DNA from: Prorocentrum cordatum
Lineage: Eukaryota
Assembly (NCBI GenBank): GCA_963575745.1
Contig: CAUYUJ010000148.1
Coordinates: forward strand, 248,001-312,000
Direction: 5' to 3'
Length of the DNA stretch: 64,000 nt
Shown: one piece after another, positions 12,728 to 25,504 of the stretch
Position numbering within the stretch: the first letter of the stretch is position 1
Layout of the letters: each line of letters starts with the position of its first letter
The notes under the pieces: generated by a model
What the model was told of the DNA's origin: nothing
Database searches by the model: none
What the model saw: the letters and a program-made list of their open reading frames with translations, nothing else
Translations under genes and position numbers: made by a program

Positions 12728-12952
12728 GCCTCCGCGCAGGCGCGAGACGAGGTCCAATGTCGACCCCTTCTGGATGCCGTAATCCGACGCCACGTCGCCA
12801 TCTCTCAGCTGCTTTCCAGCGAAGATTAAACGCTGCTTGGCGAGATGGGTGCCCCTTCTGCCCCAAAGCAGGGTCCGTATGCGGCTGACCGTAGTGCTGC
12901 TCCAAATGCTGAGGGTCAGGGTGCCTATCGGAGTCGTCACAAAGACCTCCAT
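12728..12952 (-). pseudogene. Divergent ubiquitin-like domain (75 aa) within ORF 12365..13438
   Basis: [14 protein letters not shown]...[34 protein letters not shown] matches the ubiquitin hallmarks [25 protein letters not shown]. Confidence 0.9.
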
Positions 12953-13102
12953 GTCGCCGGGGTTGAGCCGTCCACGGTGGTGCGTATCGCTGCGCATGTC
13001 CGTCGCGCAGGTCGGATCGGGGATGGCGTGCGAGTCGTGATGACGCTGCTGGCTGCCGTGTAGCTGCGGACTGCCGTCGCTATGCTCCTCGCGTGCGCTG
13101 CG

Positions 13103-13324
13103 GCAATTCTTCTCCAAGCCTCTGCGCACGAACTCGCGCTCCAGCGCGATAGTGAATGGGTAGCCGCGCTCGGAAAGGCTGTCCAGCAAGCGATCTGTGC
13201 GCCCGGGGCCGTATAGATCGAGGCGCAGAACGGCACGCGGCAGCGACCGGTCCGCGGCAACTGGAGCTGCCAGCCTCACACTGTCTCCAAAGCTTCTGCG
13301 CCTGATGTTGGTACGACTAGAGGC
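13103..13324 (-). pseudogene. Actin-derived fragment (about residues 144-217), in frame upstream of the ubiquitin-like domain
   Basis: [62 protein letters not shown] aligns without gaps to actin [62 protein letters not shown]. Confidence 0.85.
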
Positions 13325-13799
13325 GTTGGTGCTGCTCTGGGCCTCGGTGTGGAAGATGCTGGCGCTGGTGATGCTGGCGTGGATGTTGGAATCGGTGCAA
13401 GCGGTCCCAGAACACCTTGTGCACCCTCGACTCGACATTGTCGAAAATCTTCAAGGTTACAATCTGGGCACAGCCAGCCAAGAAAGCACCGGAAATACCC
13501 AATCCAATACTGCCCTAGACCCCTCCCATCCAAAAAGGCCCTCCGACCCCAAGGGGGAACCAAGATTGTCCCCAAGAGATTCAACGGCCCTCTTGCGGTG
13601 CCACCAGGCTGCGAAGATCAGGCTTGCAGCTCCCTGTACCATTTGCAGTTTCCAGATTCCACTGTTACAGTCCTGCTTTCTCCTTCCTTGCTGTTAACTG
13701 TTGCTGAACGCGCGAGGGGGGGTAGCCGAAAAGCTTCCTGGTTAGCGTCCCCGAATCGCGTTGTCTGAGTTCCTGGGGGGGCGTGGGACATGCAACAAC

Positions 13800-14290
13800 A
13801 CATGAGATTCGCGCAATTACATCATGTTCGCGTCCCCGAGGCCACAAACCCTCGTAAATTTCAAGATTCGCGTCCCCGAAGCCATAACCCCTTAGACATT
13901 ACCCAATATTCGCATCCTCGAAGCCATGAACCCTCATGAATTACCCAACGTTCGACCTCCCGAGCGCATGAACCCATATACATTACTCAATATTCGCGAC
14001 CCTGGAACCGTAAACCTTTGGAAATTTGTAAATTACACCGTGCTTGCGTCCCCGAGGCTGCAAGACCTTGCAAATTACATAATGTTCGCGTCCCCGAGGC
14101 CATACACCCTCATCAATTACACGATGTTTGCGCCCGTGAGGTCATAAACCATTAAGGACTAGTTGCGTCCCCGAAGCCACAAACCCTTGCAAATTACACG
14201 ATGCTCGTGCCCACGAAGCCATAATCCATCGTAAATTACCTTATGCTCGCGCCACCGAATCCATAAACCCTCGCACATCAATATTTACCC
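13800..14290 (+). repeat. ~42-bp degenerate minisatellite
   Basis: Unit resembling AATTACATCATGTTCGCGTCCCCGAGGCCATAAACCCTCGTA, repeated roughly 11 times. Confidence 0.8.
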
Positions 14291-17200
14291 TCGCGTGAAG
14301 TCCCGACATTGCTTCACATCAGCGTCCAGACATCCCAACACAGCTCTGGCGAGTCCCATTCTATGAGAGGGGGGCTGGAGGCATGGGGGCGAAGCCCTTA
14401 CGGATATATTGTATGCAACGAATGGTGCTTCCCCTCATCGAAGCCGTACCCCCGACCACCCACTGATTGCGAGGTCTGTGCGAATCTCTTTGGGTGCTCG
14501 CCGTGACTCTCGCTCTGAGGAGCCAATGGCAATAACCAGTGAGCGGCAAATGTGCAGTCATCCAGCACGAGCAATCGACACAGCAAGAGGCCGACAGAAC
14601 GAAAAGAAGCGGTGGGTGACAGCATGAAGGAGCACGGAGGTTGAGGAAACGCAAGGAGAAAGCACAGGAGAGGATTATCAAGCAGAGGAGGAGTGAGGAT
14701 GCGATGGGGAGGCGAACGAGGATAATCAGGACGAGGAAAAGCGCGAACATACGGGGGGCTGGACGGAGGTCGAAACACGATTAAAACACCTGCGGGCACA
14801 AAGAGATGATTCAGAGACCGATGAGAAGAAGAAACACCGGCATTCACATAAATATTTGGCGGTCCACGCGGACTTCTTGCATCGGCAATTGAACCGCCCC
14901 GCTGGCGCGCGGAGCGCGCCAGAGGCGACAGCGCCGAAGGCGTTTCCAGGGGATCCAGCGCCGATCAAAGAAGTCCGCGAGGACCTCCGGAAGATTATGC
15001 AGTGTCGTGTTTGTTCTTCGACCCCTGCATGCCTCTCCCCGCCTCCATCATGCAGAGGCCGTATCATAAACTCAGAAAACAAATCGTAGTCGCCCTGATT
15101 GGCCGCTCCCTCTGACACCCTGATCTGCCCAACATCGAAAACGCTCTCGTCAACCACTTCGCAGGATACTTACCCTCACATTGCTCAACATTCTACTTGC
15201 CCAAGGCACACGTGGAGCATGGCGTTGTCCAAAGCGGGGCCAAGCTAGCCACCACTGTCAAACAAATTGCCAAAAGGACAATTCTCCAAAATTGATAAGT
15301 GCACTATTCATTTATCGTTTTGCTGAACGATGTTTGTGATTAGCTTACTCCGCGCTCAAGAATCACAGCGTTGGAGGATACTCAAGTGTGTGTGTGTGTG
15401 TGTCTGTGCGTGGCGCTGTCTCCAAGCGCTCATACTTGCCGCATCGGCTTACAAAAGAGCTCATTCATCATATAAGCGCCCCGTTACCATCATGCACCCG
15501 CTGCTTGGGTCCAGCGGCGCGTCGGGGAGGAACGTGTCAATGGATGTGTGCTTGTGTGTGTGTCTGTGCGTGTGGCTTCCCAAATTGGGCCAGAATCTGT
15601 GGATGCTTCGGAGACCGCGGACGGATAACAACGGGCCTCCGATTCTATCTACTCTGGCCCCGGCTGGGAGGCCTTGAGTGGGTCGACAGGCGTCTTGATT
15701 TTCTGGTCAGCGAGGGAACTTCGGCGAGCGAGAGACGAATTGCATTTGCGTTCTACCCAGCAAAGAAATTCGGCAGGGCGAGCCGGGACATTCTTCTGGG
15801 CGTACGAGAAAGATGCTCTTCTCGGGCGAGCGACGAAATTTCTGGACGCTCGTGGAAGAAAACGTAATCGAGAAGGCTGGAAAGCCTGGATGAAGACCTG
15901 ATCCCGTCGCTGCCGCCGATAACCCGACGCCCATTAAGAACAACCGGCCCAGTGAACAAAATCGTTTCTCCGACCCTTTCCGCCTTGACCCCCCCCTGTC
16001 TCGATATGTAACGAATCTACGGATCAGTCTGGGAAACGGTTCGCCCCGAGATTGCGCCTTGAACCCCAGTGACACACCCCCATACCACCTTCATACAAAA
16101 CGCTTGCTCGAATTTTGAATATTTTATCCCTTGGCGAACACCTCAGGCATCCTTGATTTTTCATGTATAAGGCGGGAAGCGCTCCATATCGGCAGCGGGT
16201 TTCGCAGGCATCTGGAGACGACCGAGCGCGATCACGATAACACCGAGAATACATATCGGCAACGCGATCATGCCGATAATGCCGCCAAACCATGACCAGT
16301 AACACAACGACAACGAAAACTTGTCACGAGAACAACTGCGCCTACCAACCCGCCGATGCACAGCAAACGCAGACACGCCCGCTCGCTCGCCTGCCCAAAA
16401 GGTCGCCTGCCCGCCAGCCCGCGCGCCCTCCCGCTTACAGTCACCGGCCTGACCTCAGGAACGATCAATAAGGAACGAAACTATTTTTTCAAATAAGTCC
16501 ACGAAGTCCGTAGGAACACCAAGGTGTTCGCGGCCAAGAAGGTAGCGGAACGCATGCAAACCTAAGGAACGACCGAGCCCCATTTGAAAAGTAGATGGTC
16601 GTTTAAAAGAGCCGCTCACTGTGTGTTCCCCAGGTGGCAACGCCAGGAGGCGAAACCAAATCTTCATGCAGTTCTATTCTGCTCGACGCGCGGCACAGCA
16701 GGAGAGGAAACACTTTGGTCTACTCGTCACGTGGCACCGCTCGGCGGGGCGAGACCCGTAATTTTCTCGTGTTCCACGAGGGCAACGAAGAAGAAATGGT
16801 CCGGCCCAGACGTCGACGACAAAAACAACAACTATCAAGGCGAAGGCCCATCCATTTGCAGTTGTGAACCCCGTCATTGCATCGCCTTCGTGGGATCTCC
16901 TTGCGGGGCCTTCCTGAGCCCGAAGTGGTCAGTGTTTGAGCGCCTTGACTGTACCGTGGCTTCCCTAAGCCTCCCAGGGGCTCACCAAGGAGACCACGGG
17001 GGCCACTGCTGGGGCTGCTGGATATGATCCCTTCGGTGGCCCTGTTTGGGGACCTCCTCCTCCTCCTCCTCTTCTTCCTTCCTCCTCCTCCTCCTCTTCC
17101 TCCTTCCCTGTTCCTCCTCCTCCTCCTCTTTCATTATCCATCTCCTCCTCCTCCTCCTTCCTCCTCCCTCTTCCTCCCCCTCATCCTCCTCATCTTTCTT

Positions 17201-20029
17201 CCTCCCCCTTACTCCTCCACATCCTCCTTTTCCTGCTCCTTCTCCTCCTCACTCCCTCCTCCGCCTCCTCCTCCTCTTCCTCCTCATCATCACCATTCCT
17301 CCTCCACATCCTCCCCCTTACTCCTCCCCCGTCCTCCTCCTGCTCCTCCTCATATGTGTTCCTCCTCCCTCCTCCCCGATGTTTACTTCGCGCGGATCGT
17401 ATGCGTAAGCATGTGGCGTCCTTGAAAGAAAGCAAGCACGGAACAAGAGTCGGCTCATATGTACCTGGAGGGCACCACGGGGCAGGCGGTAAACGAGATC
17501 GGCGGCAAAGGGCAGACCAGTTAGCAGGCGCCCTCCAGGTAATGGAAGCAGCAAGCACCCTAGCAAGTCACCTTTTCTCCCCCACATCAGCTCCAAATGA
17601 CCTTCCCTTGATATAGTGGGTACAAGCTGCGTCCGACTTAAAAGTAAGCTGGTAAAGTGATGCGTGCTACCGTTCGCAGGGGTAAGACGAACGTCGAAAT
17701 GTATAAGGTGGCGTTGGGTCTCTACCACTCCTAAGGATGGCCTGTTAGGCTGGCCCGTATGAGATGTTAGATGTACGAGGCTGGTACATGCATAAACAGC
17801 TGGCTTGCTGTAATCAGTGCCTGTCTAGAGTCGGCGAAACAAAGCTAGAATTGCAATCATTAGTCTGCGACCGTGTGGTGTGTAGCGGCCCTCCTCATCC
17901 CCACGCCTGAACGTACCCCCTACAAGTCCAAGAGTTTGGTGCAGCGGGCCACCACGAAGGTGTTCGAAACGAAATGTGACGCGTACCACATAATGGAAGT
18001 ATTCCAGAAACCACGTGGCAGGTGGGCTGCCAAAGGTACGGGCAGAGTACAAAGCAATGTTGCCTTAGAAGCAGTGAGCGTGGTAAGCGCTGCGCAGGCG
18101 ACGGTAGGAGGATGGTGAGTGAGTGACTGAGCGCAAGAAGTAAGCACTGGCCTGTAAGACTGGCCTTGGTGCAGCAGAACTGCCGTGCACGTACTGTTGG
18201 TAACATGTCCCGACCACCACCACTAACCCGCCACTCCCCCATTTGGGTACAGGTTAGCAGCACAACTTCTCCGCCTCCTCCTCCTCCTCCTCATTCTTCC
18301 TCCATCTCCTCCTCACCACCCTTCCTCCTCATCTGCGCCCGTGGCCCATATGCGCGCTTACATTTTAGAGGAAACGCATTTACGCCTCCACGCCACGCTC
18401 CTCGAGCTCGCCCCCACCCCCTGGCCTTCATTCCGGCCAACGTTCCAAGTCGACTGCCGTCGCGGCGGCGGAGCGGCGGCACATGCAAGTTGGAAATGGA
18501 AGTGACCAGAGCTGAAGAAGCCGGCAGCGGCTGGCCCGAACCCGAAACACTTGGGACGAGGTTGCCGTGAGCAGGGGGCGCAAGAGGGAAACCAGCAAGA
18601 GCTGGCAAGAGTGGAATGGCCGGCCCCTGCCACTTCTTCCAGCTTCCCCGTAGAGGTAGGACGTTCGAGGTCACGTGGTCACTCGTGCCCTATTCCCTTG
18701 TTCATCCCTGCTCGCACTTGCGGCGAGCTGGACGAAAAACAGGCACTGTTTCAGCCGAGAGGCGAATCCATGTTTCGGCGATGTCAGCCGACCCGAAGAC
18801 ATGTACCCTCAGCGGGACACACGGAACAAGTGTGCGATAAGCAGATCGTCGCCCCCCTGTGCAGTATGACCCCGAAGGATACACGCACAACATTGCGGTT
18901 GCATGTGCAGCTATCGAACCTCGCACCCACCACCTGTACACAAGTGGTACACTCTGATGTTTATAGCTCCAGGTAACAACCTCCTTCAACGTCTCATGAA
19001 TGCTCATCTGTGCCCCCCCCCATTCTGACTCGTTCCTCCCCTCACGCACTGTCCCACCTCCCTCATTACGCTTGCTTCTGGAGTGAATATCAGACCGTCT
19101 GTTACATATATGTATCTCTGCATCGACTGCAAGAATCTTCTGCACGACCCAATAGTCTTCCGACTACCCTCCAACAAATCTCGCTGTTCCCACATATATG
19201 GCTGCTCAAACGATGTCCCCAACCCTGCCCAACCAGAAGCATGCCCGTTCGCGTTGTCAGCGAGAGGCCTTCGCCTTGCCACCGCCCAAAGATACTTGTC
19301 GTCGCGACTTTGCCATCGCTCCGCGCTCATGACAGTCGGTTACCGCTCGGGTGGCCAAGACAAGCGCGGGCGACTGGGATGCGGAGGACGGAGATGGGCG
19401 CCAGGACACAGTCGCCAAGGCCACCAGCAACAGCGGGGCGAAGGGAGAGATGAGCAGGAGGGGAAGGAAGAGGAAGAGGGGGGCGAGCGGAGGAAGGGCG
19501 GGGGGAGGAGGATGAGGCAGAGGACAGTGGGCGGACGGCGCGAGGAGGGACGCCAAGAAGACTTACCCGACCCGTGCCATTATATCATCTGAGCATGAGA
19601 AACTGGAGTAGGGAAGGTGCCCGTAATTGTAGCTCCCGGCCGGCGTGGCCCCACTGCCAGGAAAGCCCATCGGACTGGGGCCAGGAGGGAACGGGAGAGC
19701 TCAAGGCGCCCGCGGGCTCCCCCGCAGAATCCGTGGGAGGCCGAATGGGACGCGGGCTCTGCCAAGCCGTTGGGGACTCTGCGAATTGCGCCGGTCTCCG
19801 GGGCGGGGCGGTGGTCGTCCTCGGCACACGGGCGAGCGCTCCGCTCGCAGCGAGGGCCAGCTCTGCGCCGTCGGCGCGGGGAGCGGTGCAATGGCGATGA
19901 ATCCGTGGATCGCAGAGCTGGAGAACAGATGCGAGGCGGATTTGATCGACAACCACCGCCTGGGGGTATCGATCCTGGGGGACCTCAGCGGGCGATGGAA
20001 ACGAATTGATGTAGCCCTGCCCAAAGGGC

Positions 20030-20492
20030 CATATACATATATATATATACACACATGTCCCTATATAAATATATATATATACATGTATATATATATGTAC
20101 ATATGTATATATATATATGCATACACATATGCGTAGAACATTGCAGATATATAACAAGAATGTTGTATATATACACACTACATACATACATACATACATA
20201 CATACATACATACATACATACATACATACATACATACATACATACATTACATACATACATACATACACACATACATACATGCATACATACATACATGCAT
20301 ACATACATACATACATGCATGCATGCATGCATGCATGCATACATACATACATACATACATACATACCTGAACACATACATACATCCATACATACATACAT
20401 ACATACATACATACATACATGCATACATGCATACATGCATACATGCATACATGCATACATGCATACACACATACATACATGCATACATACAT

Positions 20493-20526
<34 letters not shown>

Positions 20527-20527
20527 C

Positions 20528-20575
<48 letters not shown>

Positions 20576-20638
20576 CACATACATATATACATACATACAT
20601 ACATACATACATACAAACAAACAAACATACATACATAT
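20030..20638. repeat. Compound microsatellite (TA)n/(CATA)n/(CATG)n/(CAGA)n
   Basis: Directly visible. Confidence 0.95.
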
Positions 20639-22692
20639 GTGAAATTCGTTGGCCCAACGGGCCAGAGGCGTGCTAATATTTCCGGTAATTACTCAACAAT
20701 ATTTCTAGTTCGCGCGCGCGGGGCGGCCCCTGGGGGGCCCCGGACGAAAAGTACCCCGGCCGATCCCCAGCTGGGTCCCGGGCGATCCCCAGGGGCGAAG
20801 CTATTTTTCGCCACCCCTCACGAGGATCGTGGCCTCCGGGGGGGGGCTGCAATCGACTACCCTCCCTCCCGCCCCAAGGGGCCCCCAAGAGCCCCCCAAG
20901 AGGCCCCAAGGGGGCCCAATACGCCGCCAAGGAGCCCCAGGACGCTCCCAAGAAGCCCCCAAGAAGCCCCCAAGACGGCCCCAAGAGGCCCCAAATAGCG
21001 CTCCAGGGCTGGCGGAATGAGTGAAGCGATTAAATAAGATTTACACATGCGCGTATACCTGTATGCGTATCCGAATATCCACATGAATAAATACACGTAC
21101 ATACATACATGTCCATATCCACCGCCCACCGAGGTCCAAGAAGGCCGATCCCCCAGGCGATGGTTATGCTCCCCGACCTGGAACCGATGAACGGCCCAAC
21201 AACCAGAGCCTCGCCTGGACCCGAAACGGTTCTGACTTCAGAGTCGCGGACCAGTACATCTTGCAGAAACAAAACGCGCGGGTCATGACAGCATGCCTAC
21301 CCAAGCCCGCCTGAACCATCATCGTTTCGTCGTAGGAGAAGCACCACCGGCATGAGTCGACCTCCCCTGCTCCGCTTCCTCGGTTATCCTCTCCTCCTCT
21401 CCCTCTTGATCGCTCACTCTTATCTTCGCCCCCTCATGTCCTCTCCTCCGCCCCCTAAAGCCCCTCATTCGAAGAGGAAAGGAATGAGGGGGCGGAAGCG
21501 GAAGAGCGTCAGATGGGAAAAGGAGGAGGAGGAGGGGAGTAAAGGGGTTCGGTGGGCATCGTTTCTGTATGGGTTGGTGGATTGCTGCGAAACGTCAAGA
21601 GTTTGAAAAGGCGCAACATCTACAATGATCCTTCAGAACCAACTTGGCTCTCGAGGGTGTTCCCTCGGCATGCCCTCGCTGGGCATGCCCTCCTGGGTAA
21701 ACATTATGGATCTCGTAGATTTATGCGCAGAAGCTGCAGGAACCCACACACACACAACACCTTCACAGTTGTGGGAGCTCCACGTTTCTAAACATGCTCA
21801 TCTGGCAGCGCCTTACAGTATGTATGCTGTTCTCCTCTTGTTTAACTCGTTGTCGTCTGTTGTGCCTCGTGGCGCTGTAAAGCAAGATTTGTAGGGGGCG
21901 GCGCCTTCTTTCGAAGTGGGGCGCTCGGTTGAAGCTTAGGTCCACTGGGCCCACGTCTTTCAGGGGGGGGGCTCTTATGGGTCATTCCCCCAGTGGAGAA
22001 GGAACGCTCGCAGGGAGATTCTGATGAGTGGCAGAGCGCGCAAGGTGTATGGGGGAGTGGGGAAGGATTCTTAGACGGAGGCTGCTTCTTAGAAGGCAAC
22101 TGCCTTCCTGAAGCCCTACACCCTCCCCACACCCCCCTCTGCGCGTGGCTGAGACGAGGGGGCTTGGGACGGGGGGGTCTACTGCAGCATCGCTGATGCA
22201 CCCTCATCCTCCTTCTTCCCCTTTCCCTCCTGTTCTCCCTCCCTCCCTCCTCCTCCTCCTCCTCCTCCTTCTACTCCTCCTCCTCCCACCTCAAATCCTC
22301 AGCCCCCCCTTCAAGCACATCGACGCGAACACACCCTGAAGCCTCTGGGCTCGGGGTGCGACCGTTGCTGCCACGTAGAGCGTCGCCTTTGCTCTGCCTT
22401 TAAACTGGGAGACTAGAGGCGAGCGGATGCACCTGTAGCGTCAGTGCTGCCTGCTCACAGCAGGCGGGCCCCAATCGCGCGAGACGTACGACCCGAGTCC
22501 CAAAACCGTGCGGTGACCGCGAATCCCCACCGACTCACCACACGGTGTGGTCACCGCACCTCTTGGGGGCCTCCGAACAGAGCGACGGTGCTGCCACCTG
22601 CCCTGCCAATCCCGGCACAGTGCGGCGACAGTCCGTGCGGTGACCTCGGCATCAGAGACCTCACCTTCGGGACCCCCACACCTGAGCACTAG

Positions 22693-22909
22693 AGGCCTCC
22701 TAGATGGAATCCGAGTAGATGGGATCGAAGGATCGCGCCGCATCGCCAATACGTCGGCGATGCATCGAGGATGCATCGCCCACGTCGGCGGTGCATCGGC
22801 GACGCAGGCGCGGGGAAGCACGGTCTCCACATCGAGCCGCATCGCCGATGCATCCGCGATGCGGCGCGATCCTCCGACCCCATCTACTCCGACCCCATCT
22901 AGGAGGCCT
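22693..22909. mobile_element. MITE-like element (family C) with ~55-bp TIRs
   Basis: AGGCCTCCTAGATGG...GAGTAGATGGGATCGAAGGATCGCGCCGCATCGC is inverted as GCGATGCGGCGCGATCCTCCGACCCCATCTACTCCGACCCCATCTAGGAGGCCT. Second copy at 51810-52026. Confidence 0.8.
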
Positions 22910-24308
22910 TGACGAACTGTAGTATGGTGACGGATCCAGCGGTCCGTCACCGCATGGCCTTGCGGCCCCAAAGGCCCCAATCGCCCGAGACGTCTGGAGA
23001 GAACGACCCGAAACCAAAAATCGCACGTTTGGCTTCCGGGCCGTAGCTCGGGCCTGGAGGCCGCTCGGGACGATCCGGCAAACCGCGGAACGCTCTCGGA
23101 AAGAACAACCCAAGGAACCGTGCAGTGACCTCGAAATCCCCAAGACCTCGCCGCCCGACCCGTCACCGCAGAGGGTCCCGTCGCCCGAGACGTCGCTGGA
23201 GCGCGACCCGAGTCCCCAAACCGTGCGGCCACCCCGAGTTCCCACCAGGGCTGTACCTAAACGGTGTTTCTGGTTTCCGTGTTGTTTTCGTTGTTCCCTG
23301 TTTTGCCTTCGCTTCGCCTTGAATGCAAACCAAAGCGAACAACAAAACGGCCCGCGAGATGACCAAAACACCGTTCAGATCCTGCCCTGGTCCCCACTGG
23401 CTCACCACACGATGTGGTCACCGCACCGTTTGGGGGCCCCCGACCCTCTTCTCCTCCACCCGCAGCAGGAGCAGGAGGAGGAGGAGGAGGAGGAGGAGGT
23501 TAAGGCGGTTAAGGAGGAAGGAAGGGGGAGGAGAAGGGGGAGGAGGAGGAGGAGGAGGAGGAGGAGGAGGAGGAGGAGGAGGAAGAGGAGGAGGAGGAGG
23601 AGGAGGAGGAGGAGGAGGAGGAGGAGGGGGAGGCTGAGGAGGCGGGACCCGCAGCGGGAAGAGAAAGCCATGCCCCGGGACGGGCGCCCAGCCTCGGTCT
23701 CGCCGCGGCAGGTCGCGGGCCACACCTCCCCGCCCAGCGCCCAAGGGGCCCGCCGAGGCGAGCGGGCAGCCGCGGGAGCGAGGAGGGTCAGGAGGCAACT
23801 CCTGGAAGTTCTTCGCCAGAGCGATCGAAAAGCCCCGATGAAGGAAGCACCGAGCCAAATCAGGCCAGGTTTAGTGGAACGAACAATGCCATAAACATGA
23901 AAACTCAGAAATCCGCGCGGATTTCTGGGATACGCGCTGGACCCCCGAATTGATGTACCAGCGCCGACTCTGAATTAGACCTTCCAGGAGTTGCATCCCA
24001 AAAAGAAGGGGAAAAGACGATGACCCACCGAGAAGGGAGCCCTCAGATCCGGGCGTAGCAACTTTTTTACACCAGGCATCCTCGTCCACTGTCGGAGCCC
24101 AAGACCCACACATGTCGATCCGGCGCGGAAAACGCAGAAAAATGGGGTCCAAGGCTCCCGTCGTGATTTGTCGCGCCGCTGCAAGTTTCCGCAACGTCGG
24201 ATCGCACGGGAGGGCTGCTTTCTCCGCACCGCGTGCACGCATCTGAAGAAAGACAACGCCCCGACCCGCCTCGCACACCCTGCATACCGCGGCCGCCGGG
24301 CCCCAAGG

Positions 24309-24540
24309 TTGAGCAGGGACCGACCGCCCGGCATTCCTATAGGCCTACCACGACATGCTCTTAGAACCCACAAATGTTCTAAGAACAAAAACAATGTTCT
24401 TAAAACGTCAGCCCGATGTGTTAAAACAGTACAAACTCAACCAAGCATGGTATAAGAACAAGTCGTACAGACCACAAAAGGTTCTTAGAACATTCTTTGG
24501 TGGGCCTATAGGCAAGCCAGGACGCTTCGCCACTGCTTGA
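24309..24540. mobile_element. MITE-like element (family D) with imperfect TIRs and AT-rich TTCTTAGAAC interior
   Basis: TTGAGCAG...CCTATAGGCCTACCA versus TGGTGGGCCTATAGG...CTGCTTGA. The left end recurs at 53620 and the right end at 55721-55763. Confidence 0.55.
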
Positions 24541-24629
24541 CAAGGGGCCCAGTGCTCCCTGGGTGTCCCGCCTCGCGCCCTCGACAAATGACCAATGCAC
24601 GTCGCAGCCATCAACCCCCACGGGAGGCT

Positions 24630-25504
24630 GGCGCTCCCTGGAGATCCGGCATCGCGCTCTCAAGTGAGGATCGCCCCAACTCGAACCGTGGGACGTCGGC
24701 GCCCCGCCACGGCTCGCCTTGGCGCTGCTGCGCGCGTGGGTCACGCAAGCCACGACCGGCCAAGAAGGGGCGACTGGATCCGTGGGCCTGGCGAGTGGGC
24801 GCCAGATCTACGGATCAGGGAAAACTGCTTTTTTGCGTCGGCGGCTGGGCAGGGGTCGTCTGCGCTGGCGGAAAGAGCTAACTGAACGGGGGTACCGTTG
24901 TAGCGAATCTGAGGTTGCCGCCTGCTTTGGCCATGGAGCGCACCGATTGCGTACGGAAACGGGGCACGTCGCTAATCCATGCACTCTAATCCACGTCTGC
25001 GCTTCCCAATGCCCAAAGAAAAGGCGACTGTGAGTCGATGCTTCCCCCCTGCTCTCAGAGGGCGCCTGTGCGCCCCCTGGAGATCTGGCATCGCGCTCTC
25101 AAGTGAGGATCACCCCAACTCGAACCGTGGGACGTCGGCGCCCCGCCACGGCTCGCCTTGGCGCTGCTGCGCGCGTGGGTCACGCAAGCCACGACCGGCG
25201 AAGAAGGGGCGACTGGATCCGTGGGCCTGGCGAGTGGGCGCCAGATCTACGGATCAGGGAAAACTGCTTTTTGCGTCGGCGGCTGGGCAGGGGTCGTCTG
25301 CGCTGGCGGAAAGAGCTAACTGAACGGGGGTACCGTTGTAGCGAATCTGAGGTTGCCGCCTGCTTTGGCCACGGAGCGCACCGATTGCGTACGGAAACGG
25401 GGCACGTCGCTAATCCATGCACTCTAATCCACGTCTGCGCTTCCCAAAAACGAGGCGACTGTGAGTCGATGCTTCCCCCCTGCTCTCAGAGGGCGCCTGT
25501 GCGC
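24630..25504 (+). repeat. Near-identical ~440-bp tandem duplication
   Basis: 24630-25069 is repeated at 25070-25504 with few substitutions or indels. Diverged relatives lie at about 2745-2910 and 30825-30980. Confidence 0.9.

Noticed and set aside
13400..13470. [15 protein letters not shown] as a second ubiquitin fragment
   Set aside because: Too short and too gapped relative to ubiquitin.
14350..19400. Non-repetitive stretches with short ORFs as exons of a host gene
   Set aside because: No recognisable domain or consistent strand and splice pattern; small exons cannot be excluded without RNA-seq.
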